Assembly (NCBI GenBank): GCA_049511495.1
Contig: JBEKXZ010000003.1
Span: forward strand, 117,411 to 181,410
Source: Bryobacteraceae bacterium
GTDB lineage: Bacteria > Acidobacteriota > Terriglobia > Bryobacterales > Bryobacteraceae
Direction of reading: 5' to 3'
DNA: 64,000 nucleotides
The notes under the pieces were generated by a model that was not told where the DNA came from, ran no database searches, and saw only the letters and a list, made by a program, of their open reading frames with translations. Made by a program: the position numbers and the translations under genes. Below are positions 1-9,584 of the stretch, piece after piece (the stretch's first letter is position 1; every line of letters begins with the position of its first letter).

Positions 1-1
1 C

Positions 2-289
2 GGCGAGCGCACCTGGGGCGGCCTGGTGGGACTCAACGGCTTCCCCGAGCTGATGGATGGCGGCGTGGTATACGCTCCGAATTTCGCGGTCTGGAATCCG
101 AATGGAACATTCGATGTGGAGAACCGCGGCGTTACGCCGGACATCGAAGTGCAGCTCGATCCGGCGGCGGTGCGGCAGGGCCACGATCCGCAGCTCGACA
201 AAGCCATTGAAGTGGTAATGCAGGAGCTGACCGCCAATCCGCCGCCGCAGTTCAAGCGGCCACCGTATCCGAACTACCAGAAGAAATAA
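2..289 (+). CDS. C-terminal end of a tricorn-type S41 peptidase (5' part lies outside the window)
   Basis: Frame is open from nt 2. GERTWGGLVG...VENRGVTPDIEV...DPQLDKAIEV resembles the conserved C-terminal tail of tricorn protease homologues. Stop at 287-289. Confidence 0.65.
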   Translation, partial: GERTWGGLVGLNGFPELMDGGVVYAPNFAVWNPNGTFDVENRGVTPDIEVQLDPAAVRQGHDPQLDKAIEVVMQELTANPPPQFKRPPYPNYQKK

Positions 290-372
290 GAGCGCATTGC
301 TCCGTTTTGCCCAATCATGCTAGGGTGAGGTGTAAGAATCCTGGAAATAATTCCTACTGAGGAGAACTAAAT

Positions 373-1401
373 ATGCCATTAGTGTCGTTGCGGCAGGTCC
401 TCGATGAGGCCGCCAAGGGTGGGTATGGAGTTGGCGCATTCAACGTCAACAACATGGAGCAGATTCAGGCGATCATGGAGGCGGCCCGCGAGACCAAGTC
501 GCCAGTCATCGTTCAGGCCAGCCGGGGCGCCCGCTCCTACTCGCAGGATCGGTTTCTGTACCACCTGATGCTGGCAGCCACCGAGTTGTATCCGGAGATT
601 CCGACCGTGCTGCATCTGGACCACGGCAACAGCCCGGAGACCTGCCAGAGCGCCATCGACATGGGTTTCACCAGCGTCATGATGGATGGGTCGCTGCTGG
701 CGGACGGCAAGACGCCCTCCAGTTTCGAGTACAACGTGGAAGTGACGCGCAAGGTGGTGGAAGCGGCGCATGCCAAAGGCGTGACCGTGGAAGGGGAAAT
801 CGGCTGCCTGGGCGGCATTGAAGACGGGCACGGCTCGGGCGGGAGCGGTCTGGAGCACTTAACTGATCCCGGCCAGGCGGTGGCATTCGTCAAGGCCACG
901 GGGTTGGACGCGCTGGCCATCGCCATCGGCACCAGCCACGGCGCCTACAAATTCTCCAGTAAGCCGACCGGTGCAACGCTCAAAATGGAGCGTCTGATCG
1001 AAATTCACAAGCGGCTGCCCGGCGTCCATCTGGTGATGCACGGCTCTTCCAGCGTGCCGAAGGATCTGCAGGACATCATCAACCAATACGGCGGCAAGCT
1101 GAAGCCGACCTGGGGCGTTCCGGTGGAAGAGATCCAGCTCGGCATCAAGAACGGCGTGCGCAAGATCAACGTGGACACCGACAGCCGGCTGGCCATCACC
1201 GGTGCGATACGCAAAGTGTTCTTTGAGAAACCCGAGGAATTCGATCCGCGCAGCTATCTGAAGCCGGCGCGCGAGGCCATGAAGAAGGTAGTGGCGCTGC
1301 GCATGACCCAGTTCGGCCAGGCCGGCCACGCCAACGACTACCGGCCGCTCAGCCTGGAGACGATGGCGAACAGTTATGCCGCGCAGCCGGTGGCCGGTTA
1401 A
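373..1401 (+). CDS. fba: Fructose-1,6-bisphosphate aldolase, class II
   Basis: 342 aa. [26 protein letters not shown] and MHGSS are class II FBA metal/substrate-site segments. GAGGAG RBS about 8 nt upstream of the ATG. Confidence 0.9.
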   Translation: MPLVSLRQVLDEAAKGGYGVGAFNVNNMEQIQAIMEAARETKSPVIVQASRGARSYSQDRFLYHLMLAATELYPEIPTVLHLDHGNSPETCQSAIDMGFTSVMMDGSLLADGKTPSSFEYNVEVTRKVVEAAHAKGVTVEGEIGCLGGIEDGHGSGGSGLEHLTDPGQAVAFVKATGLDALAIAIGTSHGAYKFSSKPTGATLKMERLIEIHKRLPGVHLVMHGSSSVPKDLQDIINQYGGKLKPTWGVPVEEIQLGIKNGVRKINVDTDSRLAITGAIRKVFFEKPEEFDPRSYLKPAREAMKKVVALRMTQFGQAGHANDYRPLSLETMANSYAAQPVAG

Positions 1402-1519
1402 GGTTCCGAGTTAGATGGTTACTCCGTGGGGCGGTCCCCGGGCGTCCTCCCCACGACGGCCGGCGATCGTGTTACCGCTGGACGCATTGTTCGAGTGAGC
1501 GGTCTGCTATTCTCGGAAT

Positions 1520-3196
1520 TTGCGCAAACCCGATCTTGCCCTTCCCCGTGCTCCCCGTTGGCTGAACGCGGTTCTGCTCGCGCTGGCGGGCCTGTTCTTG
1601 CTCGGGCTGTTCTCGACGGAGCTGGCGGATACGGATGCATGGTGGCACCTGGCGTCGGGGCGGTACATCGCCCGGGCACACCGGCTCCCGGCGCCGGACC
1701 CGTTCGCGTACACCACCGCGCGCGCGCAGGACGCTTATCCCGGCGAAGCCGCCACGCGGCACTTCAACCTGACGCACGAGTGGCTGGCGCAACTGGCGAT
1801 GTACGGCCTGGAATCCGCAGGCGGCATGGGCGCGGTGGTGCTGTGGAAAGCGCTGCTGCTGACGCTGCTGTGCGGCGCGGTTGGCTGGTCGGCGGCGCGT
1901 CGCGCGGGTTCCCTGCTTTGGGGAATTGCGGCGGCGCTGGCGGCGGCATCGCTGGCGATCGAGTTCGCGCACGACCGTCCGAGCATCCTGAGCTATGTTT
2001 TCACGGCGGTGTTCCTCTTGATCTGCGAGCGCGGGCGCCGGCTGTGGCTGCTGCCGGTGCTGAGCCTGGTTTGGGCGAACTGCCACGGCGGATTTTTCCT
2101 GGGATGGATTATAGTGGGCGCGTATGCGGCCGAAGCGCTGCTGCGGCGGGCGGACGTGCGGCGCTGGCTGGCGGCGGGCCTGGCCACGGTCGTGGTTTCG
2201 GGCGCGAACCCGAACGGCTTCGGCGCAATCGAGGCCGTGTTGCGCTACCGGCAAAGCCCGCTGCAAGCGTCGCTGATCGAATGGGCGCCGGCGAGTTTGT
2301 GGGGATTGCCCTATGCGTTCGACTTGCTGTTGTACGCCGCGGCGCTGGCGATGATTTTTTCCTGGCGGCGGGTGCGGCCGGCGGATTGGCTGCTGGCCGC
2401 CGTGTTCGTGGCGGCTGCGCTGACGGCTTTCCGCAATGAAATGCTGGTGGGCGTGCTGGCGCCGATTCTGATTGCGGACTATTTTCCCTGGAAGCGGCGC
2501 CTGCCGCGCGCGGCGCGATACGCGGCGGCGGCGTTGCTGGCGGCGGGACTGGTTTGGGGCGCCGGCACGGGACGGTTCTTCCAATTGCGCGCGGCGGAGT
2601 GGCGCTTTCCGGTGGATGCCGTCCGCTTCCTGCGCGAGCACGGCATTCGCGGGCCGCTGTTCAACACCTATGAATATGGCGGCTATCTGATCTGGCAGGG
2701 AGAGCCGGTATTCATCGACGGCCGTGCGCTCAGCGAACAGGTGTTTCAGGACTATCGGGTGATCCTGGGTTCGCCGCCGGGCGACGCGGCGCGCGAGCGG
2801 ACGCTGGAACGCTACGGCGTGGCGGCGATGGTGGTGAACGGGTTCGAGTACAACTCGGGCACGCTGTATCCGCTGGTGCCGGCGCTGATGTCGCCTGGTG
2901 AGACGGGCTGGCATTTGATCTACGAGGACGCGCAGGCGCTGGTTTTCGTGCGCAACGTGCCGGCGGGCGTGGCCGAACTGCCGGCCGGACGCGTGGATTC
3001 GCATCTGGAAAACGAGTGCCGGCTGCACATCGAGCGCGACCCGGAATTTTCGTTATGCGCGCGCACGCTGGCCGATTTGTATATGCGGGCGGGAGACCGG
3101 GAACGGGCGCTGCGCTGGCTGAAGTTTTACCTGGACCATCCCTACGGCGACGACCCGGAGGCCCGGCGGGCGTACGTGCGGCTTTTCGAGCGATAA
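1520..3196 (+). CDS. Large polytopic membrane protein with a TPR-like C-terminal tail (putative GT-C-type glycosyltransferase)
   Basis: 558 aa with many hydrophobic helices, a TDAWWHL loop after TM1 and a soluble C-terminus ending LADLYMRAGDRERALRWLKFYL. TTG start is uncertain. The competing overlapping ORFs are Arg/Ala/Pro-rich shadows. Confidence 0.6.
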   Translation: MRKPDLALPRAPRWLNAVLLALAGLFLLGLFSTELADTDAWWHLASGRYIARAHRLPAPDPFAYTTARAQDAYPGEAATRHFNLTHEWLAQLAMYGLESAGGMGAVVLWKALLLTLLCGAVGWSAARRAGSLLWGIAAALAAASLAIEFAHDRPSILSYVFTAVFLLICERGRRLWLLPVLSLVWANCHGGFFLGWIIVGAYAAEALLRRADVRRWLAAGLATVVVSGANPNGFGAIEAVLRYRQSPLQASLIEWAPASLWGLPYAFDLLLYAAALAMIFSWRRVRPADWLLAAVFVAAALTAFRNEMLVGVLAPILIADYFPWKRRLPRAARYAAAALLAAGLVWGAGTGRFFQLRAAEWRFPVDAVRFLREHGIRGPLFNTYEYGGYLIWQGEPVFIDGRALSEQVFQDYRVILGSPPGDAARERTLERYGVAAMVVNGFEYNSGTLYPLVPALMSPGETGWHLIYEDAQALVFVRNVPAGVAELPAGRVDSHLENECRLHIERDPEFSLCARTLADLYMRAGDRERALRWLKFYLDHPYGDDPEARRAYVRLFER

Positions 3197-3198
3197 GA

Positions 3199-5019
3199 TT
3201 AGCCGCGGAAGTACAGGTACGAGCCGAGGATGCAGGCGAGCACCAGGACCGACGCGGCGACTTCCCGCCAGCCCCAGCCGGCGCGCGTGTGGGCCTTGTC
3301 TTCGGCCGTCGCGGTGGCGAAGGTGAGGCTCTGAATCCGGCCATAATCCGGCTCCGCGGTCAGGTGGCTCACCACTACCATAACCACCGCCGAGACGATC
3401 GTGATCAACACGCTGAAGTATTGAAAGAAAATGTTGTTGACGATCCAGAGAAACGATCCCGGGGTGTATCCGTCCTTCAGCCCGGCCAGGCCGAGCGTGA
3501 CCGGCGTGTCCACGCACATGCGGAAGATGCCCAGGGCGAAGCCGGCCACCAGGGCCCAGAATGCGCCCTCCGCGTTGAGGCGTTTAAAGAAGACGCCGAA
3601 GAAGAAGACCACGAAAATGGGCGGCGCCAGGTAGCCCTGCACGGTCTGCAAGTAGTAATAAAGACCGGACGCACCTTTGATTACGGGGATCCAGGCCAGA
3701 GCGATGAGCACCATGGCCGCGGTGGCGATGCGGCCCATGCGCACGATCTGATGCTGCGAAGCGGCCGGCCTCCACTTTTCGTACAGATCGACGGTGAACA
3801 ACGTGGAGCAGGCATTAAACACGCCGGCCAGCGATCCCATCAGGGCGGAGAGCAAACCGGCCACCACGATGCCGCGCAGGCCTGGCGGCAGCAGGTACTC
3901 GACTAGCATGGGGAATGAGCCTTGCGCGACCGACGCGATGGCGTGGCCGTCGGGGCCGATCATCGGCGCCAGTTCCGGAATCTTGCCGCTCTTGGCCAGC
4001 GCGTAGCACACCAGGCCAGGAACGATGAACAGGTAGACCGGCGAGAGCTTGAGAAACGAAGCGAGGATGCTGCCGCGGCGGGCGGTGGTTTCGTCGGGCG
4101 CGCCCAGCGCGCGCTGCACAATATACTGATCCGTGCACCAGTACCACAGACCGACGATGGGGGCGCAGAAGAGCATGCCGAGCCAGGGGAAGTAGCCGTT
4201 GAAATACCACGCCTGTTTGACGATCTGGCCCGCGGCTCCCTTCACGATCACGGGAGCCCAGGTGCCCGTTTGGCCGGCAGGGATGAGCGGCTTCCAGAGA
4301 TTGAACATGTCCGAGCCGCACCAGTGGCGAAGCTCGCTCCAGCCGCCCAGCTTGACCACGCCGTAGACCGTGAGCAGGGCCGAGCCGCAGATGAGGACGA
4401 CCACCTGCACCGCGTCGTTATAGGCCACCGCGCGCATGCCGCCGAGCATGGTGTATAGGCCGGTGAGCACAATCACTGCCACGGAGCCGATCCAGAAGCT
4501 GTCGATATCGAGGCCCGCGACGTTGATTCGCACCTCGGGAAAGAGGGTGCTGAAGACCACCCCGCCGGCGAAGATGCCGACCGCGATTTTGGTGACGATG
4601 AAGGTGACGATGGAGACGATCGAGAGCACGTAACGGGATTTCACGCTGAAGCGCCGCTCGAGAAACTCCGGCATGGTGAAAACTCTCGATCGCATGTAGA
4701 ACGGAACGAAGACCCATGCCAGAATCAGCAGTGCCCACGCATGCAATTCATAATGCGCCAGAGCGACGCCGCTGGTGGCGCCGGCGCCGGCCAGACCCAC
4801 CACATGTTCCGAACCGATGTTGGACGCAAAAATCGATGCGCCAATCACCCACCAGCCGAGGTTGCGTCCGGCCAGGAAGTAATCGGTTGCGGAGTCCTTA
4901 GCTTTGCGGACCACCCAGGTGGCCACGCCAAGCAGAATGCTGAAGTAGAGCGCTATAACCAGCCAGTCGATTGAGGTAATCCGGGTGCTGGTAACGGCGA
5001 ACGCGAGATGAGGAGTCAT
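3199..5019 (-). CDS. Sodium:solute symporter family transporter (SGLT-like sugar symporter)
   Basis: 606 aa. DYFLAGRNLGWWVIGASIFASNIGSEH..GLAGAG is the SSF/SGLT signature region, with about 14 TM segments. GGAGGA RBS 6 nt upstream of the ATG. Confidence 0.85.
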   Translation of the reverse strand: MTPHLAFAVTSTRITSIDWLVIALYFSILLGVATWVVRKAKDSATDYFLAGRNLGWWVIGASIFASNIGSEHVVGLAGAGATSGVALAHYELHAWALLILAWVFVPFYMRSRVFTMPEFLERRFSVKSRYVLSIVSIVTFIVTKIAVGIFAGGVVFSTLFPEVRINVAGLDIDSFWIGSVAVIVLTGLYTMLGGMRAVAYNDAVQVVVLICGSALLTVYGVVKLGGWSELRHWCGSDMFNLWKPLIPAGQTGTWAPVIVKGAAGQIVKQAWYFNGYFPWLGMLFCAPIVGLWYWCTDQYIVQRALGAPDETTARRGSILASFLKLSPVYLFIVPGLVCYALAKSGKIPELAPMIGPDGHAIASVAQGSFPMLVEYLLPPGLRGIVVAGLLSALMGSLAGVFNACSTLFTVDLYEKWRPAASQHQIVRMGRIATAAMVLIALAWIPVIKGASGLYYYLQTVQGYLAPPIFVVFFFGVFFKRLNAEGAFWALVAGFALGIFRMCVDTPVTLGLAGLKDGYTPGSFLWIVNNIFFQYFSVLITIVSAVVMVVVSHLTAEPDYGRIQSLTFATATAEDKAHTRAGWGWREVAASVLVLACILGSYLYFRG

Positions 5020-5151
5020 GAATTATCCTCCTGATAGATTAAACCAATTCGGAGGTGAGACGGGCGGGGGCGCCGGCCCCGCCGGCCTGGCGCAGAACAT
5101 GCAACACTTGGCGGCGCGTGGCATCCGGGAAGCGGACCTCCTTTGCCCGGC

Positions 5152-5793
5152 TCACTTGCGCAGAATCTTGTCGACGGCTTTGGCTAAGGCGGAGAACTCG
5201 GCGCGGGCCGGGGAGTCGGGCGCGTACTCGGCCACGGTCAGCCCTTGGGACACCGCCTCGGCCACCACCACGCGCTGGCCGATGGCGGGCAGAACCTTTT
5301 TCCCCATGCCGCTGAGAGAGGAGGCCAGGCCGCGGCTGAGGTTGGTGGACATCAGAACCTTGGACGGCACGAAGCGGATGCGCGGTTTTTTCGAGCGGCG
5401 TTCGGCGCGCGCTTTGAGCGCAACCGACAGGGCTTCCTTCAGAGCGAACAGGTCGAGCGGGGACGGGCCGCAGGGCAGGAGCATCAGATCGGCTGCCAGC
5501 GCCGCCTGGTAAGCCACTTCGGGCATGCCCGGCGGGGTATCGATGAGAACGATATCGGTGTCTTCCTCAGCCTTGCGCGCGCGTGCGCGCAGCGTGCCGG
5601 GAGCAGTCACCTTCTCGACGGATCGGGACAGCATGCCATCGCCCTGCTCGGCCCAGGCCACCAGGCTGTGTTGCGGATCGGCGTCGAGCACGGTGACGCT
5701 GCGGCCCATAGCGGCGAATTCCGCCGCCAGGTTGCCCACAATCGTAGACTTGCCCACTCCGCCCTTGCGTCCAGCCACGGCAATAATAGCCAT
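5152..5793 (-). CDS. Small ParA/MinD-family ATPase, orphan (no ParB-like partner nearby)
   Basis: 213 aa. Deviant Walker A GRKGGVGKST with the signature Lys. VLDADPQ and LIDTPPG motifs. Confidence 0.85.
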   Translation of the reverse strand: MAIIAVAGRKGGVGKSTIVGNLAAEFAAMGRSVTVLDADPQHSLVAWAEQGDGMLSRSVEKVTAPGTLRARARKAEEDTDIVLIDTPPGMPEVAYQAALAADLMLLPCGPSPLDLFALKEALSVALKARAERRSKKPRIRFVPSKVLMSTNLSRGLASSLSGMGKKVLPAIGQRVVVAEAVSQGLTVAEYAPDSPARAEFSALAKAVDKILRK

Positions 5794-6103
5794 AGAGGTC
5801 CATCATAGGACAAGACGGGCAGACAATACACCCATGTTCGGACATCGCTAACGAACCAGCGGGAATGCACGTGCCGATAATTTCGTCAACGCGTGAAAAG
5901 TCGTCGGCGAAATTACTTCGTGGCAGCGCTGAAGTCCGTCAACAAATCTCTCCAATCCACCAGTACTCATGTGATTCGATTCAAGACCCCAGCATCGTTT
6001 TGTCCCCAATCCACCTGTTTTCGAGGGATAATAGAGTAGATCATTTTCAGCACTCCCGCGATAGCCCGAACGGCTCCTGCTGAGGGTAATTTGAGGCCAT
6101 GCA

Positions 6104-7612
6104 ATGACAAAAGCTATTGATATCACTGAACTTATCCTTAGGGACGGCCATCAGAGCCTGCTGGCTACGCGGATGGCGATGGAAGACATGATTCCGGCCT
6201 GCGGGGATATCGACAAGGCGGGGTACTGGTCGGCGGAATGTTGGGGCGGCGCCACTTTCGACGCCTGCATCCGCTTCCTGAACGAAGATCCGTGGGAACG
6301 TCTGCGCACGTTTCGCAAGCTGATGCCCAACACGCGGCTGCAGATGCTGCTGCGCGGGCAGAACCTGCTGGGCTACCGGCACTACGAAGACACGGTGGTG
6401 GACCGCTTCGTGGAAAAGGCGGCGGCGAACGGGATGGACGTGTTCCGCGTGTTCGATGCGTTGAACGACATCCGCAACGTGCGGCGCGCTGTGGCGGCGG
6501 TGCGTCGCACGGGCAAGCACGCGCAGGGCACCATCTGTTACACCGTCAGCCCGCTGCACACCATCACCGGCTTCGTGGAGATGGCGGAGCGGCTGCTGGA
6601 GCTGGGCTGCGATTCGATCTGCATCAAGGACATGGCCGCGCTGCTGAAGCCGCAACCGGCCTACGATCTGGTAAAGGCGATCAAGCAGGCTTGCGGCGAG
6701 GAGACGCGCGTACACGTGCACGTGCACGCCACCACCGGAGTCACCATGGTGAGCCTGATGAAGGCCATCGAGGCGGGGGCGGACTGCGTGGATACCTCGA
6801 TCAGCTCGCTCAGCCTGGGGCCCGGCCACAATCCCACCGAAAGCCTGATGGAAATGCTGGAAGGCACGCCCTATTCGACCCGCGTGGACAAGCAGCGGCT
6901 GCTGGCGATCAAGGCCCATTTCGACAAGATCCGCCCGCGCTACAAGGAATTCCTTTCCAACATCACCGGCGTGGACACGGAGATCTTCGACAGCCAGATT
7001 CCCGGCGGCATGATTTCCAACCTGGAAAGCCAGCTCAAGCAGCAGAAGGCGGGCGACCGCATGAAAGAAGTGCTGGAGGAAGTTCCCCGCGTGCGCGAGG
7101 ACGCGGGTTTCCCGCCACTGGTGACGCCCTCCAGCCAGATCGTCGGCACCCAAGCGGTGTTCAACGTGATGATGGGCCGCTACAAAGTGCTGACCGGCGA
7201 GTTTGCCGACCTGATGCTGGGCTACTACGGCGAGACGATTGGCCGGCGCAACCGGCACGTGATGGAGCTGGCCGCCAAACAAACCAATAAGGAACCCATC
7301 GGCACGCGTCCGGCGGATCTGCTGAAGCCGGAATGGCAGGAACTGCGCTCGGCGGCGTTGGCGCTCGAAGGTTGCAACGGGTCGGACGAAGACGTGCTTA
7401 CCTACGCGATGTTTCCGGGCGTAGCGCCAAAGTTCTTCACCACGCGGGCGAAAGGCCCCAAGAATCTGGGCAAGGATCCGGCCGCGGCGCCGGCGCCAGT
7501 TCCAACTCCGGCTGCGGCGGCGGAAAACGGGAAGGGCCCGGTAAACACCACGATTACCTACGACGTGAAGTTGAACGGCCACACCCACAAGGTGACGGTA
7601 TCGCCGGCGTAA
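6104..7612 (+). CDS. Carboxyltransferase 5S-type subunit (pyruvate/oxaloacetate carboxyltransferase domain, no biotinyl domain)
   Basis: 502 aa. LRDGHQSL and HVHVHATTG metal-site motifs of the HMGL-like/pyruvate carboxyltransferase fold. The C-terminus ends ...TITYDVKLNGHTHKVTVSPA with no AMKM biotin site. Confidence 0.8.
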   Translation: MTKAIDITELILRDGHQSLLATRMAMEDMIPACGDIDKAGYWSAECWGGATFDACIRFLNEDPWERLRTFRKLMPNTRLQMLLRGQNLLGYRHYEDTVVDRFVEKAAANGMDVFRVFDALNDIRNVRRAVAAVRRTGKHAQGTICYTVSPLHTITGFVEMAERLLELGCDSICIKDMAALLKPQPAYDLVKAIKQACGEETRVHVHVHATTGVTMVSLMKAIEAGADCVDTSISSLSLGPGHNPTESLMEMLEGTPYSTRVDKQRLLAIKAHFDKIRPRYKEFLSNITGVDTEIFDSQIPGGMISNLESQLKQQKAGDRMKEVLEEVPRVREDAGFPPLVTPSSQIVGTQAVFNVMMGRYKVLTGEFADLMLGYYGETIGRRNRHVMELAAKQTNKEPIGTRPADLLKPEWQELRSAALALEGCNGSDEDVLTYAMFPGVAPKFFTTRAKGPKNLGKDPAAAPAPVPTPAAAAENGKGPVNTTITYDVKLNGHTHKVTVSPA

Positions 7613-7664
7613 AGACGCGCCGAAGCCGGAAACCGATGAAGCCAAGAACGCGAGAGCTCGAAAT

Positions 7665-9218
7665 ATGACCACCACGGCAATGCAAGAGAAAATCGAAGAG
7701 TTGAAACGGCGGCGCGAAGCGGTAATGCTCGGCGGCGGGGCGGATAAGCTGGAAAAGCACCGCCAGTCGGGGAAGTTGACCGCGCGTGAGCGCATCGACG
7801 CGCTGGTCGATCCGTCGAGCTTCGAAGAGAACGGCCTGTTCGCCGAGCACCGCGCCACCATGTTCGGCATGGAGGGCAAGAGCATGCCGGCCGACGGCGT
7901 GGTGACCGGAGCGGCGTCGGTGGGCGGACGGCTGATCCACCTGGCCAGCCAGGATTTCACCGTGGCCGGGGGCTCGGCCGGCGAGGTGCACTCCATCAAG
8001 GTCGCCGAAATCATGCAGCAGGCGCTGAAGACCGGCTCGCCGTTCGTATTCATCAACGATTCCGGTGGCGCGCGCGTGCAGGAGGGCATCGACTCCCTGT
8101 CCGGCTACGGCAAGGTATTCTACTCGAACGTGATGCTTTCCGGCGCCGTGCCGCAGATTTCACTGATCTGCGGACCGTGCGCTGGCGGCGCGGCGTACAG
8201 CCCGGCGCTGACCGATTTCATCATTCAGACCCGCCAGGCGCAGATGTTCATCACCGGACCTTCGGTGATCAAGCAGGTAACCGGCGAGAGCGTCACCGCA
8301 GAGCAACTGGGCGGCCCGGAGGCGCACATGGTGAATTCGGGCGTGATTCACTTCATCGCGGAAAACGACGCGCACGCGGTGGCGCTCTGCCAGAAGCTGC
8401 TCAGCTTCCTGCCCTCCAATAACATGGAGGATCCGCCGCAGGTGGAAGGCGACCGCAACGTGGATCCCAACCCGGCGCTCGAGGACATGGTGCCGGTGGA
8501 TGGCAAGAAAGGGTACGACGTCCGCAGCATAATCCTGGCGGTGGTGGACTTCGGCGATTTTCTGGAGGTGCAGTCCGGCTTCGCGCAGAACATCGTGATC
8601 GGGTTCGCGCGGGTGAACGGGCGCACGGTGGGAGTGATCGCCAACCAGCCGGCGGTGACGGCGGGCGCGCTGGATATCGACGCTTCGAGCAAGGCCTCGC
8701 GGTTTATCCGCTTCTGCAACGCGTTCAATATCTCGCTGCTCACTTTCGTCGACGTGCCGGGTTTCCTGCCGGGCGTGCGGCAGGAGCACGGCGGCATCAT
8801 CCGCCACGGCGCCAAGATGCTGTTCGCGTATTCGGCGGCCACCGTTCCCAAAATCACGGTGATTCTGCGCAAGTGTTATGGGGGCGCTTATCTGGCGATG
8901 TGCGGCAAGGATCTGGGCGCGGACCGCGTGTTCGCCTGGCCCACAGCGGAAGTGGCCGTGATGGGCGCGGAGGGTGCGGCGGAGATCGTGTTCCGCAAGG
9001 AAATTCAGGAGGCCGAGGACAAGGCCGCGCGGCGCAAGGAGCTGATTGCGCGCTACCGCGAGGCGTTTTCCAATCCCTATGTAGCCGCCGGGCGCCGCCT
9101 GGTGGATGCGGTGATCGAGCCGGCACTGACCCGCCGCCACGTGGCGCGCGCCCTCGAATACCTGGGCACCAAGCGGGAACTGCGCCCGCCCAAGAAGCAC
9201 GGGTTGATGCCGCTGTAG
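7665..9218 (+). CDS. Methylmalonyl-CoA carboxyltransferase 12S-type subunit (PccB/MmdA family)
   Basis: 517 aa. GGARVQEGIDSLSGYGKVF and CGPCAGGAAYSPALTDF are typical of acyl-CoA carboxyltransferase beta proteins. Confidence 0.85.
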   Translation: MTTTAMQEKIEELKRRREAVMLGGGADKLEKHRQSGKLTARERIDALVDPSSFEENGLFAEHRATMFGMEGKSMPADGVVTGAASVGGRLIHLASQDFTVAGGSAGEVHSIKVAEIMQQALKTGSPFVFINDSGGARVQEGIDSLSGYGKVFYSNVMLSGAVPQISLICGPCAGGAAYSPALTDFIIQTRQAQMFITGPSVIKQVTGESVTAEQLGGPEAHMVNSGVIHFIAENDAHAVALCQKLLSFLPSNNMEDPPQVEGDRNVDPNPALEDMVPVDGKKGYDVRSIILAVVDFGDFLEVQSGFAQNIVIGFARVNGRTVGVIANQPAVTAGALDIDASSKASRFIRFCNAFNISLLTFVDVPGFLPGVRQEHGGIIRHGAKMLFAYSAATVPKITVILRKCYGGAYLAMCGKDLGADRVFAWPTAEVAVMGAEGAAEIVFRKEIQEAEDKAARRKELIARYREAFSNPYVAAGRRLVDAVIEPALTRRHVARALEYLGTKRELRPPKKHGLMPL

Positions 9219-9232
9219 CGCAGGGGGCGAAA

Positions 9233-9571
9233 ATGACCACCGAGACACAAGCGACTGAACTGGAAACGCTGATCCGCGATATTCGCGCGCAACTGGCCAC
9301 GCTGACGGAGCGTGTGGCGCGCCTCGAAACGCCTGCCGCGCCGGCTGTCGCCGCGGCTCCCGCGGAAGTTACCAAAGAAGAAAAAGCGCCGGCGGTGGCA
9401 GAGGCGCCGGCCGCGCCGGAGATCGGCGAGGAGGAGTTGCTGGCCATTTCCGCCGCGCTGGCAGCCTATTTCGGAGTGCGTGTACACGTGCGGCAGATCC
9501 GCCTCATCAGCTCGCCGGTCTGGGCCCAACAGGGGCGCGTGTCGATCCAGGCCTCGCACAGACTTTTTTGA
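9233..9571 (+). CDS. Small Ala/Pro-linker protein of the carboxyltransferase operon (function unknown)
   Basis: 112 aa, starting at an in-frame ATG 15 nt after the 12S stop. Coiled-coil-like N-terminus, AP-rich linker, C-terminal EEELLAISAALAAYFG segment. Placement inside the operon supports expression. Confidence 0.5.
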   Translation: MTTETQATELETLIRDIRAQLATLTERVARLETPAAPAVAAAPAEVTKEEKAPAVAEAPAAPEIGEEELLAISAALAAYFGVRVHVRQIRLISSPVWAQQGRVSIQASHRLF

Positions 9572-9584
9572 TCAGGACTTGCCC

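Noticed and set aside
1472-3028. 518-aa minus-strand ORF, with similar long antisense ORFs at 6047-8089 (-), 12264-13976 (-), 22442-23743 (+), 48549-50927 (+), 54092-56455 (+) and 41452-42855 (+)
   Set aside because: All lie opposite or out of frame to genes with clear family motifs. Their translations are dominated by Arg/Ala/Gly/Pro/His runs with no motifs. These are typical shadow ORFs of GC-rich DNA.
5023-5124. 33-codon minus-strand ORF (MPRAAKCCMFCARPAGPAPPPVSPPNWFNLSGG) between the parA-like gene and the symporter, preceded by AAGGAGG
   Set aside because: The RBS-to-ATG spacing is about 12 nt. The composition looks like GC-rich noise and most of the ORF is a GC hairpin (GGCGGGG...CCCCGCC). 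There is no support beyond being open.
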